Below are positions 1 through 12,095 of a DNA stretch of 64,000 bases, in pieces. How positions within the stretch are numbered: position 1 is the first letter of the stretch; every line of letters starts with the position of its first letter. The notes under the pieces are model-generated. The model saw nothing but the letters and a program-made list of their open reading frames with translations. It searched no databases and had not been told where the DNA came from. Origin of the DNA: the human T2T-CHM13v2.0 reference genome, Homo sapiens; assembly GCF_009914755.1 (NCBI RefSeq), contig NC_060931.1. One strand, written 5' to 3'. The position numbers were made by a program, and so were the translations under genes.

Positions 1-59
1 AGAAAACATCACATTATTTACGCTTGGTACCAGAATGGTGTAAGAGATGCAACTGGCTT

Positions 60-1220
60 TAAGAAGAATACCTTAATAAGTATCTGGGGTGGACAGAGGC
101 TGAGACCCAAAGGCATAGTGGTTGGACATTACCAAGACACATAGCTGCTGGTAGTTGAGGGTGAAGAGGAGATAAATGAGGAGTGAGATGCCTTGGAGAT
201 AAGGGCATGGGGTCCTGCAAGGGAAGAAGGTATGAGAGAAACGTGTCAGACAGGGAGGCAGAAAGAACGTCTAAAGAATGAGTATGTTTTATACGTGATT
301 TTTCACTGATTACTGTGTGATTTCTATATTCTTATTCATTTTGGGAGGGCTTTGGACAGAATAAAAAAGTGTAGAAAGTGTAAGCCAACGCCACTCAAAT
401 GTTATGAGCTAAGAGTGGTTCTTAACTGATATCTGGGTTGTATATGGGAAATAAAACAACTATGTCTCAACATGGAGATGTTCCATCAAGTTAATAATAC
501 AATACAAGTTATAATACAATAGAGAGGCAAGAATTGAGCCAATGGAAACCATTTATAGTTGTATAGTTGACACAATTAAATTGTCAATATTTGGGGAATT
601 ATTAAGGATGAATCTGGATTGGGTAAAGTGTCTGCTATTCTGGGGAAGAGTATAATGTTTTGGCTAATGGAAATGAAGAAAGAGTTAAATTTTGACTTGA
701 GTTTTAAAGAGATAAAGACATGGCATTTGGAAGAGAAGCAAATAAGAACATTTGTGTCATCAGATAAAAGTCCAGAAACAGCCAGGGGATAGAGAAAGAG
801 AGAGAGATGGAGAGGGGGAGAGAGAGAGTGAGGGAGAGAGAGAGAGAGAGAGACTCCTTGACTAAAAAAGTGAATTGAAGGCTTAGTATGGGAATCATTC
901 AGTGTACAAGCAATATGTTTCTGTGGGATGGTATTCATATTCATGTGTGAAGTAACTGGCAGTCATGGGAAGGTTAAAGTAATGTGTGGACACCATGATT
1001 TTGACTGTCTTGTGTAGAATATACCAGGTGTACAATTCCAGAGTTGGCAAGGACTAAGGAGAGATGGGGCAGTCTTGAGCAAGTTGGAACCAACCTGAGG
1101 ATTGTGAAAGGGAAAGGAAACCAGTGGAAAAGGATAGAGAAAGGGTTGATTATTTACAAATACATGGCTGCGAAGATGGAAGGGAATGAGGGTTGCATTA
1201 TGGTGATTCACAATGAATTG
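60..1220 (-). mobile_element. Degraded L2 LINE fragments (probable)
   Basis: Purine-rich L2-like segments at ~60-280 and ~560-1220; weak by-eye similarity only. Confidence 0.35.
791..853. repeat. Imperfect (GA)n microsatellite
   Basis: agagaaagagagagagatggagagggggagagagagagtgagggagagagagagagagagaga. Confidence 0.95.
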
Positions 1221-1306
1221 ATTGATAAGAGCAATACTCTCTTCTGGTATTAATTATATCAATTGCTCGGGAGTCTTTTATCCTGTGCCTCAGGCAACCT
1301 CTAGGC

Positions 1307-2182
1307 CTAGCACTTTCCCTTTAGAATCCTTTTCAATGTAGGGCTGCTCAGCATCAGTGAAGTGGAATGCATTAAGATGAAAGCATAGACAAAAGCTTCC
1401 CAGACCCATAACCAACATCTCTTATCAAATAGAGTACCTATAATGGTGATGAGTATGGTTAGAAAGTAAGAGGTAAACACAATAAATAAGACGGCAAGGG
1501 ACCTCAGGGCAGTGAAGTGCGCTTTCATGCTTGGATTGCAGTGACCAGTGCTATGATGTTGTATCTGCTTGGTCAGTGATGCCATGAGAAAGATGGTGGA
1601 GGCCAGGAACAGGATGAAAGGAATAACCAATGCAACTGTATGAGCCTGGAACTGATACTGATGAAAATTTTCAAGTTTGTCAGTTACAGTGCTGTTTCTT
1701 GGTAGATGCTCCATGGTGAGTAACTGAATTTGAATGTAATTCCCAATAGCTGAAGGGATGATTGTTACACAAGTAATCATCAGAGAACCCAGTAATATCC
1801 AGGGAAACAACCTCAAAATTCTCCACCTCAGCCAGAGAAAGATGTGATGGGTGAAAGAAGAGACCTTGATGCAGTAGAACACGGTAAGCAAGCTGTTTAA
1901 CCAGAATGTAAGGATATTAAAAAATTCCCAGGTGATTGTTAAGTTGCAAAGTACATAATTCAAATTAAAATAGGAGCAAAAATTGTTCAGCATTGATGCC
2001 CACTGTAGACAGAAGCGAGAGATGCCCAGGCTGATGAGAATCATGTCCACAGGCATCAGCCTTCTGACTTGCAGCCATTCTCTGCCCAGCACTGCAACAA
2101 TTAGGCTGCTCTGCACAATAATTGTCAAGGACTCAAGCACATAGATGATCATGAAGAAGACAGTGAGTTGGATGGGTATCAT
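1307..2182 (-). CDS. TAS2R16: Taste receptor type 2 member 16 (beta-glucopyranoside/salicin bitter receptor), single coding exon, 291 aa
   Basis: ATG at 2180-2182 to TAG at 1307-1309. The protein [10 protein letters not shown]...LKRILKGKC has 7 hydrophobic segments, T2R motifs (LGISRF, FYCIKV, HSTSLML) and an N163-S-T glycosylation site, and matches human TAS2R16 as I recall it. The ORF track's 332-aa version starts at a TTG upstream. Confidence 0.98.
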   Translation of the reverse strand: MIPIQLTVFFMIIYVLESLTIIVQSSLIVAVLGREWLQVRRLMPVDMILISLGISRFCLQWASMLNNFCSYFNLNYVLCNLTITWEFFNILTFWLNSLLTVFYCIKVSSFTHHIFLWLRWRILRLFPWILLGSLMITCVTIIPSAIGNYIQIQLLTMEHLPRNSTVTDKLENFHQYQFQAHTVALVIPFILFLASTIFLMASLTKQIQHHSTGHCNPSMKAHFTALRSLAVLFIVFTSYFLTILITIIGTLFDKRCWLWVWEAFVYAFILMHSTSLMLSSPTLKRILKGKC

Positions 2183-4537
2183 TCTTCTACTCCAAAGTGT
2201 CTTCCTGGACAAAGACTCTGAATCTCTGTACCAATTTCCAGGTAGAGAATGGGTTCCTGATTCCACCACTGTCTGGTACAAGAAAACCCCTCTCTCTGGA
2301 AGCAAATTTTCCCAAGCTCATTTTTGATTTTGTCATTTTCCTATCTATAGAATTTGTTTATGCTTTGCTTGCTGGTTTGCTATCACATCTGAATGTAGGG
2401 AAATGTTTAAATGTGGATTCCTGCTCCTGAGGTGATTTGATTATTCCAAAAAGGCATATGTATTTCATAACCATGTTGTTTATTTCCTCTTTTTCTGAGG
2501 TGCACTTAGCTTATTTCCTTATCTTCTTTAAATGACATCTTCACTCTTTTAACCTAAAATTTGAGCAACAAGAAAGATGAATCCTTCCCTGTTCATTCAC
2601 GTCCTGCATGATGTTTCTGCTCTGTTGAGTGCAGTACCAAAGCGAACCTCAGAAGCCCTATCTTCCCAGTTCTCATGGCAGCTAGTGGTGGATGCTACAA
2701 CCAAAGTGTGAGGGTAAATAAAAATGATAATGAAAAGTCTTTCCTCCGAAATTCCACAAAATTGCTGAACCCCAGACCTTCAAGTATTTCCATCCAATGC
2801 AGGCCACTCTCATAACTGCCCATTGAATTCCCCCACTTAGAGAAATCAAACTGCAGAGAAAACACTGCACACAGCCTCTCTTAGCTATTGTTCTTCTGCC
2901 AATTCCAATGCTTTGAGCATATGCCTTATATATTTTCAGGAATTGTTCTTGTCCCATTAACATCACTGTGTGTTTTTTTTTTTCTCTTACATGGCTAGGT
3001 TCTTTTTGTCACTGCTCCCATTGCTCAGGAAGAATTGAAAGAGGACCCTCTTACCACTAGTAAAGCGTATTACTTCTAAATGTGCAGGCATCATTTCATA
3101 GCTATACAAGCAGGCTATAAAAGGAATACGTTTTCCTTCAGTTCAGGACAACTCTTCCAAATAGACACCAAATATGTAATAAGTGGCTTCAGAAATGAGA
3201 GGTTATTCTAATTGCTAGTTGGTGACAGAGACAAAGTGAAAGTCATTGACCTTATGTATGATAAACTCGGAGTCTGTATGGACTTTTTAGTCATTCAAGG
3301 AAGACAACACAGAAGCAAGCAAACATGAATCTTAGAATTCTTGAACACAAAACAAGAAACTACTGAACTCATGAAGCAAAGGTAAGCAATAGCTTGAAAA
3401 ATTACACCAGAAAACAGAATTAAGTGTAAGAAAGCATCTGCTTTGCATTCTCAATAAAATGCAAGAAACAGGAAATAAAAAACTGAGATGACAAAACAAT
3501 ATATATTATTAAAAGGTGAATTGGTTGAGATGTATCCAGACATAAGAAGGGAGAAAGATGAGATATGAAATGTTGGTATGTGAAACATGCAATAATAGCA
3601 TTAACCTCTAATTTATGTCCTGAATACACTAAGCATGTTGCCAGCTATATACACTGCCCCATTCTGAGTAAACTTGGAAGGACTGTGATGCTCTCAATCT
3701 CTGTCTGAGGGGTTGTGAAAGTGTGGCCACCATACTACACCCCTCATGACTGGATTCCAGCCACAATAGTATGACCAGGAATGAGTTTCTGTCCAAAGCA
3801 GCCCCTCATAGACTGGCCTGCTGCATGAGAGATGGCCTGGCACTACTCTACTCCACTGGAGTGTTTTCTATGTGATAGTGGCTGATTAAATAACCCAGAT
3901 ACTCTTTTTGGGAAAGTTTGAAGGTGAGACATACAGAGTGTCCATAGACTGGTGATTGATGTTCCCTGGGGTTAGGAGTTGAGAGTCTGGCTCTTTCATC
4001 ATGTGTGCATGTGAACCTTCAGGGCCACCTCTGGGGTCTCCTCATTGCAGTGATCCCAATTCTGGTTTGCCTTCTTCCACTCTCCTTTAGCTCACACCCT
4101 TTCCCTTATCAGACAGGGGATTGTTGTCCCTTAACTAGTCCTCATTGGTCAGGTGCTGGCAAGGTGACTGAAGCTCAGCTACCTTCTGCAGTGTACATTT
4201 GATCTATGGCAAACTCTGGCATTCTTTTCAGTAAAAATGATAAATGGCAGGAGGCCCATGCCTCTCTACTCTGTCATCTCTCCAATTCTCTTTCCCCCTT
4301 CTCAGGTAGACATGAGGGAAGGCCCACCAGTTTTTTTCCTAATGTCCCACAGGGAAAAAGAATGCCAATTTATGTTTATAAGCATCTACTATCTTCACTG
4401 TTAGAGATTTTGTCTTTTTCTCATTCCTGAGCATACTCCTAGTTTCCTCTAATACTTTATTTACTTCCCTCTGAGGGAGGCAGACTGTTGTATCTTATTT
4501 GCAAATTTGATAGGAATAACTTGCCCAATTCTAGACT

Positions 4538-4750
4538 TTGCTATTATCAAGCAAACATTATATATATACACATATGTTATATATAACATATGTATATATA
4601 TTAATATATGTATATATAATATATATACATATGTTATATATAATATATAAATGCTTGCTATTATCAAGCAAACATTTTATATTTATATACACATATACAT
4701 TTTTATATATAAAAATGTATAATACACACATATATACACATATATAATAA
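4538..4750. repeat. (TA)n-rich low-complexity tract with a 22-bp direct repeat
   Basis: ttgctattatcaagcaaacatt at 4538-4559 and 4655-4676, each followed by TA/CA runs. Confidence 0.9.
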
Positions 4751-4859
4751 ATTAAGGGTGTTTCTAGATGGTACTCTTTTTTGATGTGTATGTGTTTGTG
4801 TGTTTCATTAAAAAACTTTAAAAACAGGAAAATAAAAGAGCAGACAATTCGCCAAAGGG

Positions 4860-5290
4860 TAGACAATAATACCAATTAGTTCATAAAAGGATGCTTAACC
4901 TCTCTAGCAATAAGAAAAATACAAATAATACTGAGTAGTTATTTTTCATTTTTCTCATTGCAAAAACAAAATAAAATTTGAATATCAACTCTAAGAGAAG
5001 ATATGAAAAAATCAGAGTCTTTATGAACCACTGGAAGGAATATGAATTAAGATAGTTACATTGGAAAACAGTTTGGTCATATTTAATAGAAAATGTACAG
5101 ACCTTATTCTGCAGGCATTCTACTTCTAGGTATATATTGTATATTATAGAGAAATCCTTACACATATATAAACAAGCAGAAATTTACTAGTCTATTTATT
5201 TCAGAATTGTTGTAATACCAAAAGACTGAAAACTATGTACATGACCATCAGTTAAGTAATAGATCAAATGTGGTATAATCATATGATGGC
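4860..5290 (+). mobile_element. Old L1M 3' fragment
   Basis: L1 ORF2-end/3'UTR-like motifs: ggatgcttaacctctctag, cattctacttctaggtatat, aaatgtggtataatcatatgatgg. Confidence 0.7.
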
Positions 5291-5299
5291 TTAAAGCCA

Positions 5300-5740
5300 T
5301 GTGGATGTTTGCCTCCCTGCAAGCAAGTTTGCTACATTTTTCCCTTATAGGCAGAACCTATCTCTTTCTGGAGAGGCTTTAAATGCCAGACTCTTAGTTT
5401 AGTGTTTTCTTTGCCTGTTCAGTTTGGGCACACGAATCAATTCTGGTCACTGGGAATAGAGGAGAAGCCTGCTGAGACCTCCTGTGACAAACGTTTCTCT
5501 CTGATAAGAACAGAGAGATTCATGAGGAGAGATTCTTTCCTCTTCATCTTGTGTTTGGTGTTATTCTGTATTGTGCATGGTGCTAGGAGTTGTAGACATT
5601 TCGTGACCCTGAGGGGAAAACAGCGGAAATTGCAAAGAAACTAACACAGGGCCTGATTTTGTGTAATGCTTATTAGTACTGGGCCGAAGTACCTCTGAAA
5701 TCCTGTTATGTGAGCAGAATATACACTGATAGATTAAACC
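5300..5740 (+). mobile_element. MLT1-family (MaLR) LTR, old
   Basis: aatgccagactc...caattctggtcactgg...gccattt-like blocks resembling MLT1J-type LTRs; similar to 33820 and 51930 copies. Confidence 0.55.
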
Positions 5741-6807
5741 ACTTACAACTAGCATGTGGTACTGAGCAGGTGGGATAACACTGAGAGGGAGAAAGAAAAA
5801 GTGCTTTATTTGATAATATTTTCCCCTCACACAGCAGTATAATTAATTGAATAAACTTATTTCTGTATACCTCAGTTCCACAAGTAAAACATAAGGAATG
5901 ATAAAAATGATCACCAAGATCCAATAAAAACATAGATTATAATATGCAGATAAGGCAGTAAGTGTGTTTCTATGTTCATACATAAATCATGTGTTCCATA
6001 AAAATATAAATTTAAAATAATGTAAAGAGAAATTTATTCACCAGCATTCTAACTTATGTAGCGGAAAGCAGATAAATGTGTCTGGTTATTCCCAGGAAGT
6101 GAAGCAACCAGAGCAAGGAACAGGACCACACTTTACCCAGCTGCACTAGGTGGAGGGAGGACATCACAGAGGGAGCACTGGGTACTGAGTAGAGAGGCCA
6201 GAGAAAGGTTTGCCAGCAAGAAATAGAAATGTACCTTATGTCATGTGATTCTTCTGCTCAACTCCAGAAACTTATGGGAAAGAGCATGACTAACACAAAT
6301 ATGAGTACTTTTCAGTTGCATAGGGAAGGGACTCTGAATCTGGTTCTGAAGAGAGAAGTGATTGAGAAATGCCTGTGGACTCAGGAGTACAGTCTTGAAA
6401 AGCTGAGAAAGTGAGGGGTGGGTCTTGTTGGAAAAGCTCAGACTGCCCCAAGTCTAGAATTGGGATTTCAGTCAAACTTTACCTGGATCTCAAAGGCTCA
6501 CGTGATGATTGAGCTATATTTTTGGTTTCTTTACAAGGGTAACCAATAATATCCGGGATTAAATTATCCTAGGCTGGATGACCGAAAGTGCAACGTTAAG
6601 TATTTCTGATTTCTGACAAACTCGTGCAAAGGAGTGGAAGCCAAGCTGAATCGTGCCAGAATGTTTCTTAGAATTCTATTCCAGAGTCAGACAAAATGAG
6701 CAGACATGCTGAGACAACGTTGCAGGATGAGAGAGGCACTGGTTTGGATTTTTAGGGTATTTCAGACAAAGCTAGATGAACTTAGTCTAAGATTTTTTTC
6801 ACGTCCC

Positions 6808-6936
6808 ATTTTATTTTTAATTGATTAAAAATAATTGTATATATCTTGAGGTACAATGGGGTGTTTTAATACATATTTACTTTGTGGGATGATCAAATAA
6901 AACTAATTAAAATATCCATCACTTCAAATACTTATT
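6808..6936 (-). mobile_element. L1MA-type 3' end (short)
   Basis: T-rich tail then aataattgtatatat...ggtacaatg...gatgatcaaat...tatccatcacttcaaatactta, the antisense of an L1MA 3' end. Confidence 0.75.
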
Positions 6937-7737
6937 TGTATATTTCAAATACTTATTATTTCAATAATACTTTGAAATAAGTATTATTTCAAATACTTAT
7001 TATTTACCTCCAGAAAGAGATACTTATTACTTCAAATACTTATTATTATTTTAATAATTATAAAATTGCTTATTTATAAGTAATTATAAAATTGCTTATT
7101 TATAATAAGTAATAACTATTACTTATTACTTGTTTCTGAATCCCCCCAGATTCAGAAAGTCCAGGGACTTGGTGGAGAAATTGTTAGTGATAAACTGGAG
7201 TGATAAACAGTTTCATATCCATAAGCAATAAGGTCAGTGGACCCACCATATCAACTTTCTTTTCAGGAGCAGAGAACCTCATTTCAGGGGGTGAAATGAG
7301 CGGCCTATTTTCCTGAAAATGCTGCTTCCTCGTGGGTAGGCATGAGATTCCCGAGGGAGGAATACTGATTCAGAAGTGGAGAATGTCTTAGAAAAAAGCC
7401 TAGGTTGGAAATTCCACTCATCTCTTCAATTATCTTTAAATTCCTAATGTTATACAATATTTAGCCCCCAGACTCTATATTAATGTGGTAACCCAAGAGC
7501 ATCCCTGAATGATTGCACTAGGGAAAATAAGGCCCAATACAGAGAACTATGACTTCACAGGAGAAGATGAGATACTATCCCCATATTTAAGTCCATATAG
7601 TCCTTTTAGGTATATGAGGGCAGAAAAACCCCTTGAGATCAGTGAAAAACAAAACAAAACATGATGTGTGTGCATGCGCATACACACATTCTTACATTTA
7701 ACTAATTCTTAGCCTATATAAATTTACCTTTATTACT

Positions 7738-7852
7738 TATATAGAAATTATAATTATAATATATAATTATATTATATATTATAATATATAATTATAAATT
7801 ATGTATTATAATTATAATATATAAATTATAATTATATATTATATAGAAATTA
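7738..7852. repeat. AT-only (TATAAT)-like tract
   Basis: ~115 bp almost exclusively A/T, bounded by tatatagaaatta at both ends. Confidence 0.9.
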
Positions 7853-8508
7853 AAATATTTACTTAGGTCAATCAATGATAAGAGACAAATGGCTTTTAGT
7901 GGGAGCACTGACAATCAGGTTTAATTTTTGGTTTGAAAGTGAAGTGCTACATAAAATGGGTGTTCATAGGTCTCTTGATTCAGCAGCTAGGACACGGTAG
8001 CACAGAGTAGGTACTTAGAGAATATCTGTTGAATGAGTGATGAGTACAAGGAGAACAGACTAGAGAACTCTGTATTCTACTGCATTACAAGTGCAAGGGC
8101 CTGGAAAATTATGTAACAAGTTTCCTAACATAGAAGAGAAATACACACTGTTATTATCTGTGATTATATTCCTAAGTCATTCAAATACCTGGAATTGGCA
8201 AAGATGCCAAAACATAAGTGTGCCCAAATTGGCTACTTTTTAGAGAGAAATTTATGTTTTGGGGCATTTCATCTGAAAACAATACATTAAAACTAAATAG
8301 GACAAATGGTGATTATAAGTTCTTCTAACTCATATGTAATCATGTAACATTATGATAAGAGTGGTTCTCATGATCTGCACTGCTGTGAAATGTATATTGG
8401 CAAGCAGTGTTTAGACCAATGAGACTGGTAAAATGGATGTCACAAGTCAACACAACCTGAATTCATTCTTTCTGGTCTTGCCCCCATTAGATGTTAGTTT
8501 CCTTACAC

Positions 8509-8698
8509 TGTTGTAGACAAAATAATGGCTCCTCTAAATGTTTACATCCTAATCCCCCAAACCTGTGAATACATGAACACATTAGCATATATGACAAGTG
8601 GGACTTTGCAGATGTGAACTGTAAGATAATAAATTTATATTGTTTTCAGCCATTAAGTTGGTGGTAATTTGTTATAGCTGCAATAAGAAAGTAATACA
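8509..8698 (+). mobile_element. Internally deleted MLT1D-like LTR
   Basis: 5' tgttgtagacaaaataatggctcc...gactttgcagatgtga joined directly to 3' ctgtaagataataaattt...gtaatttgttatagc...taataca. Confidence 0.75.
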
Positions 8699-8964
8699 CA
8701 CAGCAACTATAAGAGCCAGATAACCAAATTCTAGTTACTTTACTTGTAATTTATAGGCACCTGTACTTAGTAACTAGGAAAATAATGAGTTCATACACAA
8801 GAGAAATGACAATAGACAGAAGAGACTGAGACTACTGAGACAAATCAGGTTATACAAAAAGATAGCTCATTTAGGAACTATTTATTGTATACTTGAGTTT
8901 CACTGGAAAGGCCTGTAAGTGTCAGAGTTGCACTTTGAAGTCAACTGGAAAGTTTCAAAAGCAA

Positions 8965-9052
8965 TAACTGAGGCATGGGTCCAATCTCTATATTCTGATT
9001 TGTCTGGGGTATAACTAGGTATCAGAATTTTAAAAATCACCCCACCTGATTC
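8965..9052. mobile_element. MER5-like hAT fragment
   Basis: attctgatttgtctgggg...aattttaaaaatcacccacctgattct. Confidence 0.5.
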
Positions 9053-9720
9053 TTTTTTTAAATTTTTATTTTTTTAAACTTTTATTCTAAGTTCAAGGGT
9101 ACAATTGCAGGTTTGTTACATAGCTAAACTTGTGTCATGGGGTTTGTTGTACAGATTATTCTTCATCACCCAGGTATTAAACCTAGTACCCATTAGTTAT
9201 TTTTCCTTATCTTCTTTATCCTCTCATCCTCCACCCTCTGAAAGACCCCAGTGTGTGTTATTTTGTTGTTCCCCTCTATGTGTCCATGTATTCTCATGAT
9301 TTAGCTCCCATGTACAAATGAGAACATACGGTATTTGGTTTTCTGTTCCTGTGTTAGTTTGCTGATGATAATGGCCTCCAGCTCCATCCATGTCCCTGAA
9401 AAGGACATAATCTTGTTCTTTTTTATGGATGCATAGTATTACATGATGTATATGTATCACATTTTCTTTATCCAGTCTATCATTGATGAGCTTAGATTCC
9501 ATGTCTTTGCTATTGTGAATAGTGCTACAGTAAACACACATGTACATCTGTCTTCATGATAGAATTATTTATATTCCTTTGGGAATATGCCCAGTAATAG
9601 GATTGCTGGGTCGAATGGTATTTCTGTCTTTAGGTCTTTGTGTAATCACCACACTGTCTTCCATAATGGTTGAACTAATTTATACTCCCACCAACAGTGT
9701 ATAAGTGTTCCTTTTTCTCT
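9053..9720 (-). mobile_element. 5'-truncated L1 (old L1PA, L1PA13-16-like) 3' end
   Basis: T tail, then gcaggtttgttacatag...gtgtcatggggtttgttgtacagatt; antisense ORF2 C-terminus (ORF 9224-9547 remnant). Confidence 0.9.
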
Positions 9721-11451
9721 CTACCTGAAAAGGTGGCTCAGTTTCAGATCCACTGCTTTAGAGCCACCTTTGTGGAAAAAAATACCCTGCATGGGTGGTG
9801 AAAATAAAAAAACCCTGCTACATATAATTTTACCTTGAAAATAATCACTAGGGAAGAGTGAGTTCTTAATTTTGTAATTTTAGCAGTTGGAAGAAACACA
9901 GGGGTGTCAAATTCTCTGGAAAATGTCTTTTTGTTGTTGTTGATCCATACTATGAAGATGACCCTCTTTAAATACAATTTTATCCCTAAGTTCATACATG
10001 CAATGTGAATCTCACTCCAATTTTGTGAAGATGCATCAGAATCTTCTGATATCATTGCCAAATCACATATCTTAATTATTCTAGAAAAGCTACACCTTTT
10101 CTGTGGCTTCAAATGAAATGTTTAATGCTCTGTACTGTACTTCAATCTTTTCAAAGCATTCACCAACTCCTGTGTGCTTTAATTATCTAAGAGCGTTAGA
10201 GCCTGCACATTATGCAAAAGAAGGACCATGGCTTCTAAACAAAGCCTTCTCCTCTAAAGATCCTATGAAAATTTACACTCTGTATGTCTCTTTTAGCCAC
10301 CCCATGTTACATAAATCCAGAGATAATTCAGCTTTAGAGGTAATTAAATCTACTCTTGCTTCTACATATAGTATGAGAAGCTTCTTTTAGCCTGTGACGC
10401 AGGCTCATTTTTCCCAGTACATATTTCTGTTCTGTGGAAGAAGATTGCAACCACCCTTCAAGACTGTGGGAAAAACTATTTCATCCTCACCTCAGAAGGA
10501 ACAGCACATTTTGTTTATCTGCCTTCCCCTTTTTACACCCACTTCCGGAAAATTGGAACTCCTTCCCCCGCAGGCCTGTCATGAAGTGTTGTGCTTTTGA
10601 CCCTTGTTAAAGCGATCACAGATTTATAAAACAAAACAAAACAGTGGATTCAGATGTTTTCCAATTAGCCAAACACATTTTTTTTCCTGTGTTACTAACA
10701 TTCAGTAACAATCAGAATTGATATTTTTTCATGTGGCAATGACTCCCAAATGATCTGCATTTTAAAAGAATATCTAACAGTAACTAAAAGGTAAGGTTGT
10801 CCAAGTATGAGGTTAAAGAACATCCTTTCTCCTATTTCTAATTTTGCCACCAACCTATGTGGCCTGGAGCAAGTCATTTTTTTCTTTGCCTTTTATCTCA
10901 TTCTTTAAATAAGCATCATGGCACTAATTTGTTTAGTTTCCAATTTATTGAATGTACTCATTTCTGAAACCCTGGGAGCAGGTACCTAGTCAAATGGCAG
11001 ATTGTAAATTATGGAAAATACAAGAAACATAACTTAATACTAAAATGAAGCCATCCGCAGGCCTTAGGTAAATTCAGACCAAAAGGAACTGAAAAACCAC
11101 CACCACCGCCAACAAAGCATCTAAGATTCAGGTGATGTATGTAACCCCAACGGGCATTGCCCCTGCTTTTATCATTTTTACCAAGCGCTATCCATGATTG
11201 CCTGGAAACTTTGAACACTCAAAGTGCAGAGCTTTTGGTGATCTGTGGGAAGGTGGCAGAGAATAACTCTCCTCCCTCTTCTGGTTATATTCTGTTAGAG
11301 GATTACCAATGCTCAACACACTCCCAAACTTCAGAGAAGTTTTACTTACTTTGCCTCTCTCTCCCAGGGATATACTACAAGTCTGTGAGGCTGGGAGGGG
11401 TTAGGGCAGAATGATAACCTCAGAAACATCTCTCTTGTTTAAGGTCTAAAG

Positions 11452-11626
11452 CAGTGGTTTCCGTGGATTAACAGCATTAGTATCATCTAAAAAATGGATA
11501 GAAGTGCAAATTCCTGGGTCCTATCTCAGACCTACTGAATTAGAAGTTCTGGTGATTGGACCCAACAATCTGAATTTTAACAACCTTCCAGGTGATTTTT
11601 ATGCTTGATGAAGTTTGAGAATCATG
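11452..11626. mobile_element. MER5A (hAT-Charlie MITE)
   Basis: Ends cagtggttt...gagaatcatg; internal cagacctactgaattagaa and ccttccaggtgatt. Confidence 0.8.
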
Positions 11627-11792
11627 GATATAAACACAACATTTGGTTCCTTCTAGACTTGGGATGACTCAGTTCTTGCACATTCAGGCTATTCCTCAGG
11701 AGGTTCTTGTTATAAATAGATTTGTCTGACTCCAGTGGAAGACACAAGGGCCCCAAGCTGAGATTCCACCAAATATAAAAGAAGTGAGGTGT

Positions 11793-12095
<303 letters not shown>

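Noticed and set aside
2183-2305. 41-aa N-terminal extension of TAS2R16 in the ORF track
   Set aside because: It starts at TTG with no in-frame ATG; T2Rs have very short N-termini and the known protein starts MIPIQ
3700-4330. Possible LTR fragments
   Set aside because: LTR-like composition, but I could not assign a family or ends
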